Of a DNA stretch of 64,000 bases, positions 24,649 through 37,513 are shown piece after piece. Under the pieces are notes generated by a model. The model saw nothing but the letters and a program-made list of their open reading frames with translations. It searched no databases and was not told where the DNA came from. Within the stretch, counting starts at the first letter, position 1. Every line of letters starts with the position of its first letter. The DNA comes from Balanoglossus misakiensis (Eukaryota; Animalia; Hemichordata), in assembly GCA_040954595.2 (NCBI GenBank), contig CM082593.2, forward strand, positions 10,615,477-10,679,476. Direction: 5' to 3'. The position numbers were made by a program, and so were the translations under genes.

Positions 24649-26679
24649 ACTGCAGAAGCTACACAAAACATTAATACTGAAAACATGGCAAACAGTTGTT
24701 GCTAACGGGGTTTTAAATCTCCCTTATAGATATTTTTGAACTCCCAATTTATGATTATTGACTGTTTGATTGATTAGATGTTGCACAAATGATAGTATTA
24801 TCAAAGTAAATAATATCTGTGAGAAATTTCTTTTCATATTTATTTGAATATGGATAGGGTAAGATGGGGGTTAAACAAAACTACATTTGTTCAAAAGTGG
24901 CAAAAACACAAATATGCAAAAATCACTATAATTGTACACCATCTTACTTAAATCACTACAAGGAACATTCCTGTCAAAGTTCAAAGCAATCTGACAAGCG
25001 CTTTCAGACACAGCGAATTTGATAACCATCTACAAATATATTTTTATTTTTTAAACAATTCTTTTACAACACCTTACTTGGGTTACCCCCCTAGGAATCT
25101 GCATTCTGAGCAAAAATTACAAAATTGCTCAAAATTATAAATATACCAATTTCACAACAATTTGCAATTTGAACAAAAACTATGGCTTTCAGAAAGGAAG
25201 ATTTTTCTTTACCAATAATGCAGTAAAAGACAAAACAATAAAAATAGAAAATTCATAATATTAGCTCAAAACAAAACATACAGGACTGTATGGCATTTAT
25301 TGACATTTATAAGAATATGGACAGGGTATGATAGGGGGGGGGGAATTATAAATTCCAAGGGGGTCATCAATTTTTTGTCATAGCTTTTTGGGGCCATAGA
25401 AAAAATAACCTAAAAAGTAGGAAATCCTACGTCCCCCTAAGCTTTCATTCTGGCCAACAACTTTTTATGAAGGCTTCTGCAGTTGTTAAAAACAGATTGC
25501 CTGCTATGTTAGACTATCAATCTATAGAGGGGATGAAAAATGTCCTTTTGTCAAGTGTCTGGATTTTGATAACTTCAACAGGTAAAAATATATTTGTAGA
25601 TGTTTATCAAATTCGCTATGTCTGAAACAGTATGCTTGCAAATGTATTAATATAGTCAGATAATATGAATAGTGAAGATAGCAAAACAAACAGGTTTATG
25701 CTTATAGCCATAACTTCTATTAGTGATGTACATGTTGTACTTAGCAAATAATTGTTATGATCAACTTGGTTTTTATTGCACAAGATCTTTTTATTGCATC
25801 CATGTTTCGTTTCATTCTGGATAATAGTCTGTCTAAATAAGTTAACAGGCTTGATGAGGGTTATTTTAAACAGTGTTCTCAAAAAACCTGCAATGTCATG
25901 CCCTATATTTATAAAGTTGAGGAGAGGTTGTATTCCTAGCAGGATGTTGAAATCATTGGAGGACAAACCCTGCCAGTACCAAAAGTTGCTGGGTGTTATA
26001 AATGTTTGAGTAACCCCCCCCCCCCTTCCCCAATAACACAATATATACTAAAACATTTTTACAACATCTTACTCAGTTTACCCTTAGGAATATGCCTACC
26101 AAATCAATCTGGCATGCAGTTTTAAAGAAAAAAAAAATGACCAAAAGTGGCAAAAATTGCTCAAAATTAAAATATGCAAATTTTTCAACAATTTGAACAA
26201 AACTTTGGTTACTCAGACAACCATTAGAAGCTTCATACTAAAATTCAAAGAATGAGGCCTATAACTTTAAGAAATGATGATTTCTTTACCAATAATGTGG
26301 AATAATACAAAAAATGCATAAAAGATTTTTGGCATAAAAAATTAAAAATCGATCATATTAGCTCAAAACATACAGGACTGTTTGAGGTAGACATAAGGTA
26401 CATGCATACTGATTTTCAAATGAATGTGACCAGTGGTTGTTGAGTTTGAGTTTTGACCAATTTCACATTTTCCTAGCTAATTTGCATATTTTTGGCAATG
26501 ACAGCTTCATTTGAACAAACTCCAATCTTCAGCCTGGCCTGCATCTACACACCAAATATCGAGGTCATATGCCCAGCGGTTTTCAAGTTTGTGATGTGGA
26601 CGGACATACAGACATACATACATACATCCACCGATATCATAAGGTCCCATGGTAAAGCAAATGGGACCTTACAAAACTA

Positions 26680-29600
26680 TGATAACTCAGATCACCTATG
26701 AAGCTTCATACTAAATTTCAAATAAGTCAGCTGATCAATTCCAGAAAAGCAGATTTTCTACCGATAATGTGGAAAGAGACAAAAAATACATAAAAAATCG
26801 AAAATTCACATTACCTCACAACATATAGAACTGTGTGAGGTTAACATAACTTACAGGAATACCAATTTTCAATTTTGAAAGCAATTTGCTCAGTAGTTGT
26901 CGAGTTCCCGAGTTTGGACGAATTTGACACTTTCCCAGCTAATTTGCATATTTTGGCAATGACAACTTCATTTTGACAACTCCCACTTAATGCCCTGCCT
27001 GCATCTCCACACTAAATATCAAGGTCACATGCCAGTGGTTTCCAAGTGTTTGATATTGATAGACATACAGACAAACATCCATACAGACATCCATATATAC
27101 AGGTGCAACTGATCCCATAAGGTCCCATGGTATAAATACATATACCTGCACCAAATGGGACCTAATAATTCTGATAAAATGCCTACATAGTAAGTTTAAA
27201 AACCAATTGTACCTTCAACGTCCTTGGACAACAATGGCTAATATTACTTGCCAAGGGCGACTAGAATTTTGGGGGCCTGATGCAATTCTGATACATGTAC
27301 TTCATGATTTAGAGATATTGTGAAAATCCTGTCAACCGAATTACAGGGAAATCAGATTTTCCATGTAAAATCATATCACCCAAAAATGTCAAGTGTCGAA
27401 AATAATTTTGAAACAAAAAGTCTACTCAAAATCATACCAAAATTTAAATTTTAAAGCAGTACGTTAGGCAAGCAATTTGAGAATGAAGAAACTTACAAAA
27501 AAATTATAAATTGAAAATAACTTACAAATGCCGTACACAAACTTACAATCACTACCATATTACTGTACAAGTTAAAAGGACATTGTACCAGCAGAGACAT
27601 TGCGATCGAGCAATCCCCAAGATATACATGACATGGTCTAATTACAAATATTGAATATGTAAAATAGGTACACAACACTTCCATTCTTTCAGTACAGTCA
27701 GCTGCTTGTTAACAATAGGCATGTAGCTATTTCATCAAATTTACAGCCCAAGTCATGCCTATACAATTCTCCCTTAAGCTACCCTAAGTGAGTGATGAAA
27801 ATCTCATATGGTCGACAATTGATGGCCGATTTTTGCCATGTTAAAGAAATGGGAGTTCATAAGGCTGCATTCACAAACACCTCTGGAGAGGGGGGGGGGC
27901 AGGAGAATTGAGCGGGGGGGGGGGGGGGATTTGAAAAATTGAAGGTATGTAAGGGGGGATTTGAAATAATTTAGGGACTGAAAGGGGGGACTTGAAAACT
28001 TTGACGACTAAATATTTATTTTGAGTCCACAAAAATGCAGTTTCGCGCCCTTTATTTTACACCCCCTCCCACACCCACCCCCCTCCATTCATCAACACCT
28101 TTCAATCATTAACTGGTTTATCTAGTGTCCCATGTCAGGGGACTTGCCCCCACCCCATGATAACTTTGAGCGGCGACGGTTAAATTTATCCTCCCCAACA
28201 TACTGGTAGTTGAGTTAATTTGCTTTTGCCGGGTTCATAAAAATGCAGCTTTGAGCTCTGTATTTTATAAAATTTTCTTACGTGGGAGGGGGACACCCCT
28301 TCCCACACCCACCCCCTTCAATTCCCGGTTTACAATGTCTCCCAACACAGAATACAAATACTTAAAAAATAAAAACCATGTTCAGTTTTAATACCCACTG
28401 ATGAGGGGAAACATCAGTTTCAAAGTCTTTTCATGGGAGCGCTGTTTTTCTTTTTTACAAGATAGATAAGTGATGTGTTTTGCTCTGTGAAAGAAAATGG
28501 GGGGGGGGGGGATTTTAAAATTTTGGCAGTTCAGAAGGGGGTGGGGGATTTGAAAATATTTCGGGTTGTGTACAGGGGGGGGGCATGTGAAAATTAGCAG
28601 TAAAAAAATTGAATTCTCCCCCCCATCCAGAGGTGTTTGTGAATGGAGCCTAAGCTAAAGCTAAAGTGATAATGGGTCATAACAGACAAAATAACAAAAT
28701 GTGAAAAACATTTAATGAGTTTAATATGCTAACTACGGAGACAGACATGTTTGACCAAAGCATGAAATACACAAAATGTATCATTTCTTCCACCTCTTAC
28801 TACAGTGGGTTGTAGACTTTTCGCCCAGAATGCAATGTGATTTGACCCCCTAGCGCAAAGTGAAAACCTATTTAAGGCAGCCAGAATTTTCTGCATAGTA
28901 TGACGGAAACATTTGTAAAGTCATGGCTAGCGTGGGCTGGTAAGTTTATATGGGGCTCTCCATGATAACCAGTTGTGGCTTAATACCACCACCATAATTT
29001 TGAAAGGGCGACTTCACTATTTGATGGGAAAAGGTAGCCTTTACAAACAAGCTATGGAGCATGTATACAGCAAGTTGTGCTTACCGGAAAGCGGTCTTGG
29101 ATCAGGCCTAGGTATTCTCTTCCTCCTCCGGCATACGTTGAAATGCTGTGTTTAAGACTGTGAATCAAATATATGCTTATCAATTAGTAACCAATCAACC
29201 TTGCTTTAGAATTATTTGGGCCATACTAATTAGTGAAAATATGCAAAACATGGTATAATATAGGGTCAGACTGTGCTGCGATAATGTACGTGGAATACGA
29301 ATCAGAGAAATCTGTAACAGCGATCTTGAAACTCCATTTACATCAGAACTGCAGTAAAGTGGTCCACATGGGTATACCACAAACATGGCAGTTAGGTGAC
29401 AAGTGAAACTGACATCATATCTGTAAACGACAGGTGTACACACACTTTGACATCTACGTAACACTGTACAATGATTTCTTAATGTTTGTTGTGAAAATGA
29501 AACTTACATTTGATCCACCTCACTTTTCATACAACTGGTTAGCGCAAGAATGTAAATTGTTGGCAATTATAAAACATTTATTTTACTATAGAAAAGTAAG

Positions 29601-30450
29601 CCTTTACATTTAAACTTTGAATATCAGTATACTAAAATGTTTCAAACGTGGCTGTCAGTATATCTCATGGCATGGTGGCAGAAGTACATGTTGTTACCAG
29701 GGAAGACACATTGAACATAGACAAGCGCACTAGTCGCTTGGTGATTTTTCATCTAGATTCTCAAAACTTTCTGTGCATTTGGTAGCTTTGAGCAAGTTTC
29801 TGGTACTGAGCTGAGTTTCGAATTTGGAACTGGGCTGCTTTGGCTTTGATTACCATGGGCCAATATGATCTTATGCACACATTTTTGAAAAAAACTCCAG
29901 CCTGTTTGTGTCGTGATCTATATTTTTCTTTGTGGCCTAAGGTATTGTTTTATTTCACTATAAACAACATTACTTTCCTTCATGTGTCTATATATAATAA
30001 TAGATCTCTTAGCCAGTTTGATGAAGCATAGTGTTGGACTAGCACACTTTCAGCCAAAATTACGGTATCTCCCCGTGTATTGGTATGGGAGTAATTTCTA
30101 GCTATATGGTTAAGGAAATGCATCCAAATTTAATTTATGCTTCACATGAAGATTTGAACTTGACCATTTAATTCATGTCATCACGATCATATCACAGGCA
30201 ACCGAGGCTAGAATTCGAAGGAAAAAAGTATTGATAACTGGAAGGTGTAAATTAGTTCGTAGACATACATTGTTTCCTATTGTTTCGGTTGTGCCACGCC
30301 CGATAAAAGCAAATATACAGCAAGTCATGCTTACCATTGAGCGGTCTTAAACTCGCCCCAGACGAGGAAGAGAATCCCGAGTTGAAATGCAGACAATTTC
30401 AGGCAGCATCTGTGAATCAAATAGATATAGAAGTTAGTAACCAGTCATAG
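26680..30450 (+). repeat. Segmental duplication copy 1 (patchy homology extends back to ~24885)
   Basis: Collinear with 33888-36935 over several kb, apart from copy-specific indels. Confidence 0.9.
27863..28650. mobile_element. PIF/Harbinger-type MITE with poly-G tracts
   Basis: TAA|GGCTGCATTCACAAACACCTCTGGA ... TCCAGAGGTGTTTGTGAATGGAGCC|TAA; empty site GTTCATAAGCT at ~35160-35170. Confidence 0.9.
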
Positions 30451-33400
30451 TAGCTCTAAGTTGGGTGTAAAAGTCTAAGTTGGGTGTACTAACTCTCCTT
30501 GTTAACAGTAACTTTCAAAGAAACTGAGCAATTGGTTAAAAAGATTTGCTATCCAAAAACAAAGAAATTTACAACAAACTACCTAAATATTGACAACCAG
30601 AATTTAATCAAAGTTGCACATACATGTACATGTGTTATGAAATTGTTAACTAACTTCCAAAGCAATCAGGAACCAGATATTAACTGAATATGCTCACGTG
30701 CAGTACTGTGATTGGTTGACAGAATAACAAGATTAAAAAAACCAGTTTTAAACCATTTTGGTTTATAGTGTATATGGTGTAAGGGTTGTGTGTTGCACCA
30801 TTGTGAAATGTAAACATGTTTGTGGAATTGTTGCCTTGTCAATTTTTGTAAGGGGTTATGAGTCATGTACCCCATCCTGAACTGCATAAAAATAATAAGT
30901 CTATGGAATTCTAAAACTCTTTGATCAAAAATGGCAAGAAATATACCAAAAAGTATGAATATTTCACCAGATTTCAACAAATCTGATTTCTGTTCATGCC
31001 TAAGAACCTCTTTAACAAGTTTCAATAAGGTAGACATTTTGGCAAACAACAGGAAATTCAGACAAATCTGACTGATATCACATATATGAATTCCCATTCA
31101 AAGTTTCCAACCAATTGGACTTGTGGTATTACCGAAGACTATTTGGCCAAACCCTGCAGAAATTCCCAAAAAATACAATTATGCAAATTTCATTACAATT
31201 TGATCATATCTGACTGAGATCACCCCTAGAAACCCAAATACAAAGTATCAAAACAATTGCACCTACATTTCACAGGAATGGATTTTTTGGCAAAAACAGG
31301 AAATATTGCCCAAAAATGCATTTTTGCAAATTTCACCACCGTTTGCACAAATGTGATTCAGGTAAGCCCTATGAACCTCCATACCAAGTTTCCAATCAAT
31401 TGGACATGTAATTTCAGAGAAAATTTTTTTTTAACAAAACTGCAGAAAATTCCCCCAAAAATTCATAAAAAATAGGAAACGCCAGATACTGACTCCACCT
31501 GAACAAAATCATACGAGGTCTTCCCAAAGTACTTGCACACCAATGCACGCCAATTTTTAACTTAATCTGATCCGCTGTTATTAAGTTTTTCAATTTTGAC
31601 TATTTGAACATTTTTCCAGTTAATACCAGTATGCATTTTTTCGCAATAACAATTTCTATGTACACACTAAATATCAGTAGTTTCAATTTTTTGATGTTGA
31701 TGGACATACACATACATACATCAATACATTAAGACGAAACTGATCCATTCACAAAATACATAATTCTGTATGAGGCACACATACAGACATACATAGCCGA
31801 CGGACACCAACTTATGCTATAAGCTGACATTTATATACATGTTAGCCAAAAACCAAAATCAACCTCAAAATAGACATTAAAATATATTGCACCACCATGA
31901 GAAGACAAATTCATTTTTTGACAAATTTTCTGGGGCGTCATTGATATAGCATGGCATATTGTCAAAGTACGTAGGCTCTGTGATAAGATTCCATACACAC
32001 AAAATGGTAACCTTGGAAGTCCAGCTGACGTAGTTATGCAATGGCGTCTCGTGTATTCCGTCGCCAAAAAATCATCGTAAACTAATTGATAGTCGGGGTC
32101 ACAATTCAAGACGACTTTCTCTAAATTCTTTATGAATGGATTAAATCGAAATCGAAATGTTGACGTATGACGTACGGAATGAGATCTGAACAGACATTCA
32201 ATGTTATCATTCTCGCTCGATCACATATTGGGTAGGCCATCTAGCAATCGCTATATAGTATTGGCGATAACAGACTGTCTATAAACACACAAAACGGATT
32301 TTACTGTTGAGTGTGATCAACCGCCATGTTATTTTTCTCTGAACAATAGACAAATAGAAAGCCTGGTGACATTTTGAGATTGACTGCGTGAGGACCACAA
32401 TATGCGTGAATCATTTACGGTTTGTCTTGATGAATGGGTCACGTCATAGTCATAACGCGGATTCGGCTGCACGCCAACTATCCGCCATATTGTCTCCACT
32501 AACTTACTCGTAAGTAGTTTCAAACTTCATTTGAAAAGAGTATTCGTCTGACGGTCCTGTAGATTAACAATTTACGCTCTATGAAGCAACTAAACAACGT
32601 TAGCTTCCTTGTGGATTCACGTAGGGAAGTTATTCGTAACGACGGGTACAGCGTCTGAGCATGGACAGAACCACGGCAATATCGCCAGGAATGTCTCATT
32701 TCACAGCGCCCTCAAACAGTCGATCTCCTCAAACTATCGTTTCCACTGGTCATATATGCAGCATTAACGAAAGCTCTCATAGACAACCATGTAATAGAAA
32801 AATTAAAACTTTAATAACTTCATTAATATCAAAGCCACACCCACCAAAACCTTTCCAGTTCTTGCCATATGATATCTGAACCTGTGTACTAAATTTGGTT
32901 GAAATCGGTTCAGCGGTTCTTGAGATATCGGGTATACAGACAGACACACACATACACAGACATCGCTAAACTATAAGCTCACGTGATTTTCAGGTGAGCT
33001 AAAAATTGGGTTACCCCTAGGAATATTCCTACCATATTTCAAAGCCATCAAAAAAGCAGTTTCAAAGAAAAACACATTTGTTCAAAAGTGGCAAAAACAC
33101 AAATATGCAAACATCTCTATAATTGTACACCATCTTACTTCAATCACTACAAGGAACATTCCTGCCAAAATTCAAAGCAATCTGACAAGGGTTTGAACGG
33201 TTTAACATTAAACAGTTTTTGACAAAGATTGCAAAAAATATCCCCAATAACACAAGCACGCAGTTTTAACCATTTTTATGACATCTTCCTTGGGTTACCC
33301 CTGGGAATCTGCCTACCAAATTGCAAAGCATTCTGACCATAATTGGCAAAATTGCTCAAAATTATAAATATGCCTATTTTACAACAATCTGAACAAAAAA

Positions 33401-33887
33401 TATGGTAACTCGGACCACCCATAGGAAGCTTCATACTAAATTTCGAAGGAGTCGGACTATCGCTTTCAGAAGTGAAGATTTTTTTTTACCAATAATGTGG
33501 AAAAAGACAAAAAAAATTAATAAACATTAGAAAATTCATAATATTAGCTCACAACATACAGGACTGTATGGGGTTCATTGACATACCAATCTGACCAGTG
33601 GTTGTCAAGTTTCTGACTTTTGACCAATTTCACATTTACACAGGTAATATTTTGGCAATGACAATTTAATTTGAACAAAATCCCATCTACAGCCCCGCCT
33701 GCATCTACACACTAAATATGGAAGTGATATGCCCAGCGGTTTTCATCCATTCACTCATACATACAAATGCAACTGATTCCATAAGGTCCCAATCGTATAT
33801 ATGTACATAAACCAAATGGGACCTAAAAATTGCTCCAAAATTATAAATACGCAATTTTTGGCAACAATTTAAACAAAACTATGGTTG

Positions 33888-36800
33888 GTAACTCAGATCA
33901 CCTATGAAGCTTCATAATAAATTTCAAACAAGTCAGCTGATCAATTCCAGAAAAGTAGGTTTTTACCGACAATGTGGAAAGAGACAAAAAAAATGCTTAA
34001 AAATAGAAAATTCACATTATTAGCTCACAACATGTAGAATTGTGAGAGGATACCATAAGGTACATGCATACCAATTATCAATTTTGAAAGCAATTTGCCC
34101 AGTAGTTGTTGAGTTCCCAAGTTTTGACGAATTTGACACTTTCCCAGCTAATTTGCATATTTTGGCAATGACAACTTCACTTAGACAAACTCCCATCTAC
34201 TGCCCTGTCTGCACATTAAATATCAAGGTGAAATGCCAGTAGTTTCCAAATGTTTGATGTTGATGGACATACAAACATCCATACATACAGGTGCAACTGA
34301 TCCCGTAAGGTACCATGGTATAAATACATATACCAAATGGGACCTAATAATTCTGATAAAATGCGTACATACGTACATACATACAAGTCAGCAATAAGGA
34401 GACGGGATAGTGGGCTGGCACTGAGTGTCTATTTCTATTGCAAATTATAAACATGCAGCAAGTGTAAAAACCACATGTACCTTCAACGTCCTTGGACAAC
34501 ACATTTTTGTAACTTTCCCAGATCAATGGCTAATATTACTTGCCAAAGGCGACTAGAATTTTGGGGGCCTGATGCAAGTCTGATACATGTACTTCATGAT
34601 TTAGAGATATGATGAAAATCCTGTCAACCGAATTACAGGGAAATCAGATTTTCCATGTAAAATCATATCACCCAAAAGTGTCAAAAATAATTTTGAAACA
34701 AAAAGTCTACTCAAAATCATACCAAAATTTAAATGTTAATGCAGTACGTTAGGCAAGCAATTTGAGAATGAAGAAACTTACAAAATAATTTATAAATTGT
34801 AAATAATTTACAAATGCCGCACACAAACTTACAATTACTACCATATTACTGAACATGTTAAAAGGACATTGTACCAGCAGAGACATTGTGATCGAGCAAT
34901 CCCCAAGATATACATGACATGGTCTAATTACAAATATTGAATATGTAAAATATGTACACAACACTTCCAGTCTTACAGTACAGTCAGCTGCTTGTGAACA
35001 ATAGTCATGTAGCTATTTCATCAAATTTACAGCCCAAGTCTTGCCTATACAATTCTCCCTACTTTAAACACGTTTTAAGCTACCCTAAATGAGTGATGAA
35101 AATCTCATACGGTCGATAATTTCAAGATGGCCGATTTTTGCCATGTTAAAGAAATGGGAGTTCATAAGCTAAAATGATGATGGGTCATTCTTGAACTTTT
35201 TAACAGAAAAAATAGCAAAAGTGAAAAAAAGTTTAATATGCTAACTACCGAGACAGAAATGTTTGACCGAAGGAAGTCATGAAATACAGTAAACATATCA
35301 TTTCTTCTATCTCTTACTACAGTTGGTTATGGACTTTCCGCCCAGAATGCAATGAGATTTGACACCTAGCGCAAAGTGAAAAACCTATTTAAGGCAGCCA
35401 GAATTTTCTGCATAGTATGACGGAAACATTTGTAAAGTCATGGCTAGCATGGGTTGGCAGGTTTATGGGACCCGCTCAGGTTCCCTCGAATAACACATAA
35501 TGCATGATTGGTGACTGATTATTGTTTATTTGTTGATTTTGTCACATTTTCAGAAAAATCCCTATCAATCAGTCATATTTGTTTGGCCTTGCTATACAGC
35601 GCAATATGAATCTTGTTGACTGAAATTGTTGAGGATAGTGGTACATAAAGGTTACCAATTGGAAAATATTAAAATGATTATTAGTGGTGTCCAACTCTTC
35701 ATGATAACCAGTTGTGGCTTGCCACCACCATAATTTTAAAAGGGTGACTTCACTATTTGATGGGAAAAGGTAGCATTTACAAACAAGCTATGGAGCATGT
35801 ATACAGCAAGGTGTGCTTACCGGAAAGCGGTCTTGGATCAGGCCTAGGTATTCTCTTCCTCCTCCGGCATACGTTGAAATGCTGTGTTTAAGACTGTGAA
35901 TCAAATATATGCAAATATTAATTAGTAACCAATCAACCTTGCTTTAGAATTATGTGGGCCATACAAATTAGTGAAAATATGCAAAACATGGTATAATATA
36001 GGGTCAGAAAAAATTTCCAGCCTGTTTGTGTCATGATTTACATTTTTCTTTCTGGCCTAAAGTATTGTTTTATTTCACTCTAAACAACATTACTTTCCTT
36101 CATGCGTCTAATATAATAACAGATCTCTTAGCCAGTTTGATTAAGCATAGTGTTGGACTAGCACACGTTCAGCCAAAGTTAAAGTATCTCCCTGTGTATT
36201 GATATGGGAGTAATTTTAGCTATATGGTTAAAGGGACAAAGTCTCTCTGTCGCTGTCCTTTTTCCATTAATTATGTTTGATACAAGACACTGTTTATGTC
36301 AATGTACATTTGGATATATAGTGAATAAATGATCAACCACACAAAACTTCCATCCCGCTTGTATGATATGAGAGTAAAAACTCGCCCAAAATGAATAAAT
36401 GGTAAAGAACGATTATTCATTTTGGCGAGTATTTTTACTCTCGTGTCTACAAGTGGGACGGAAGTTGTGTGTGGCTGAACGTTCATTCACTATATATCTA
36501 CATGTAGAATAACAAACGGTGTCTTGTATCAAATATAATTAATGGAAAAAAGGGCAGCGAGAGAGAGACTTTGTCCCTTTAAGGAAATGCATCCACATTT
36601 ATTTTATGCTCCACGTGAAGATTTGAACTTGTGAGTTGTCCATCTAATTCATGACATCACGATCATATCACAAGCAATCGAGGCCAGAATTCGAAGGGGA
36701 AAAAACAGGTACGTTGTATTGAAAGCTGGAATATGTAAATTAGTTCGTAGACATACATTTCTTCCTATTGTTTCGGTTGCAACACCCGATAAAAGCAAAT

Positions 36801-36935
36801 ATAAAGCAAGTCATGCTTACCATTGAGCGGTCTTAAACTCGCCCCGGACAAGGAAGAGAATCCCGAGTTGAAACGCAGACAGTTTCAGGCAGCATCTGTG
36901 AATCAAATAGACATAGAAGTTAGTAACCAGTCATA
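33888..36935 (+). repeat. Segmental duplication copy 2 (patchy homology extends back to ~33075)
   Basis: Same order of blocks, from TAACTCAGATCACCTATGAAGCTTC to GAAGTTAGTAACCAGTCATAG. Confidence 0.9.
36232..36578. mobile_element. Palindromic Kolobok-like MITE
   Basis: TTAA|AGGGACAAAGTCTCTCT ... AGAGAGACTTTGTCCCT|TTAA; empty site GGTTAAGGAAATG at ~30108-30120. Confidence 0.92.
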
Positions 36936-37098
36936 GAAGCTCTGCGTGGCAGGGCTGCGTGTTAACGGCTATACCATAGCTCCCACTGGTAGCTTATAAC
37001 AGTCTCAATGGTGCCAAAAATCTCCCCAACAACAAAACCAACCCTGGTCAGTTTATTCGCTATCGCTTTGCCTTAAAAGTTATACTGTAGTGTGTTAC

Positions 37099-37513
37099 CA
37101 CAGGGGGCTCCTTCCTCCGCGATTTTATTGTTTGTTTGTTGTTGTTGATTGGCATAATAAACAAATACATATTTCTTTATTAATAAATATGGTTTGTTGA
37201 CATGTAAGTGTTAGGGTATATTCAACAGTTAGGGTTACTGTTGGCATTTTTTTCGATCCACGGCCCCGGGCATCACTAAGCCACAGGGGGTGGGGGGGGG
37301 GGGGTTTGGGGGGGTGATGCCGGCCATGGATCGAAAAAATGCCAACACTAATTCTAACCGTTGAATATACCATAACCTGTCAAATATACCCTAATAACCT
37401 AACCCTTACATGTCAACAAACCATATTTATTAATAAAGAAATATGTATTTGTTTATTATGCCAATCAACAACAACAAACAAACAATAAAATCGCCTAGGG
37501 AGAGCCCCCTGTG
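37099..37513. mobile_element. 415-bp foldback MITE with a 7-bp TSD (P-superfamily-like)
   Basis: GTGTTAC|CACAGGGGGCTC ... GAGCCCCCTGTG|GTGTTAC; long inverted arms. Confidence 0.85.
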
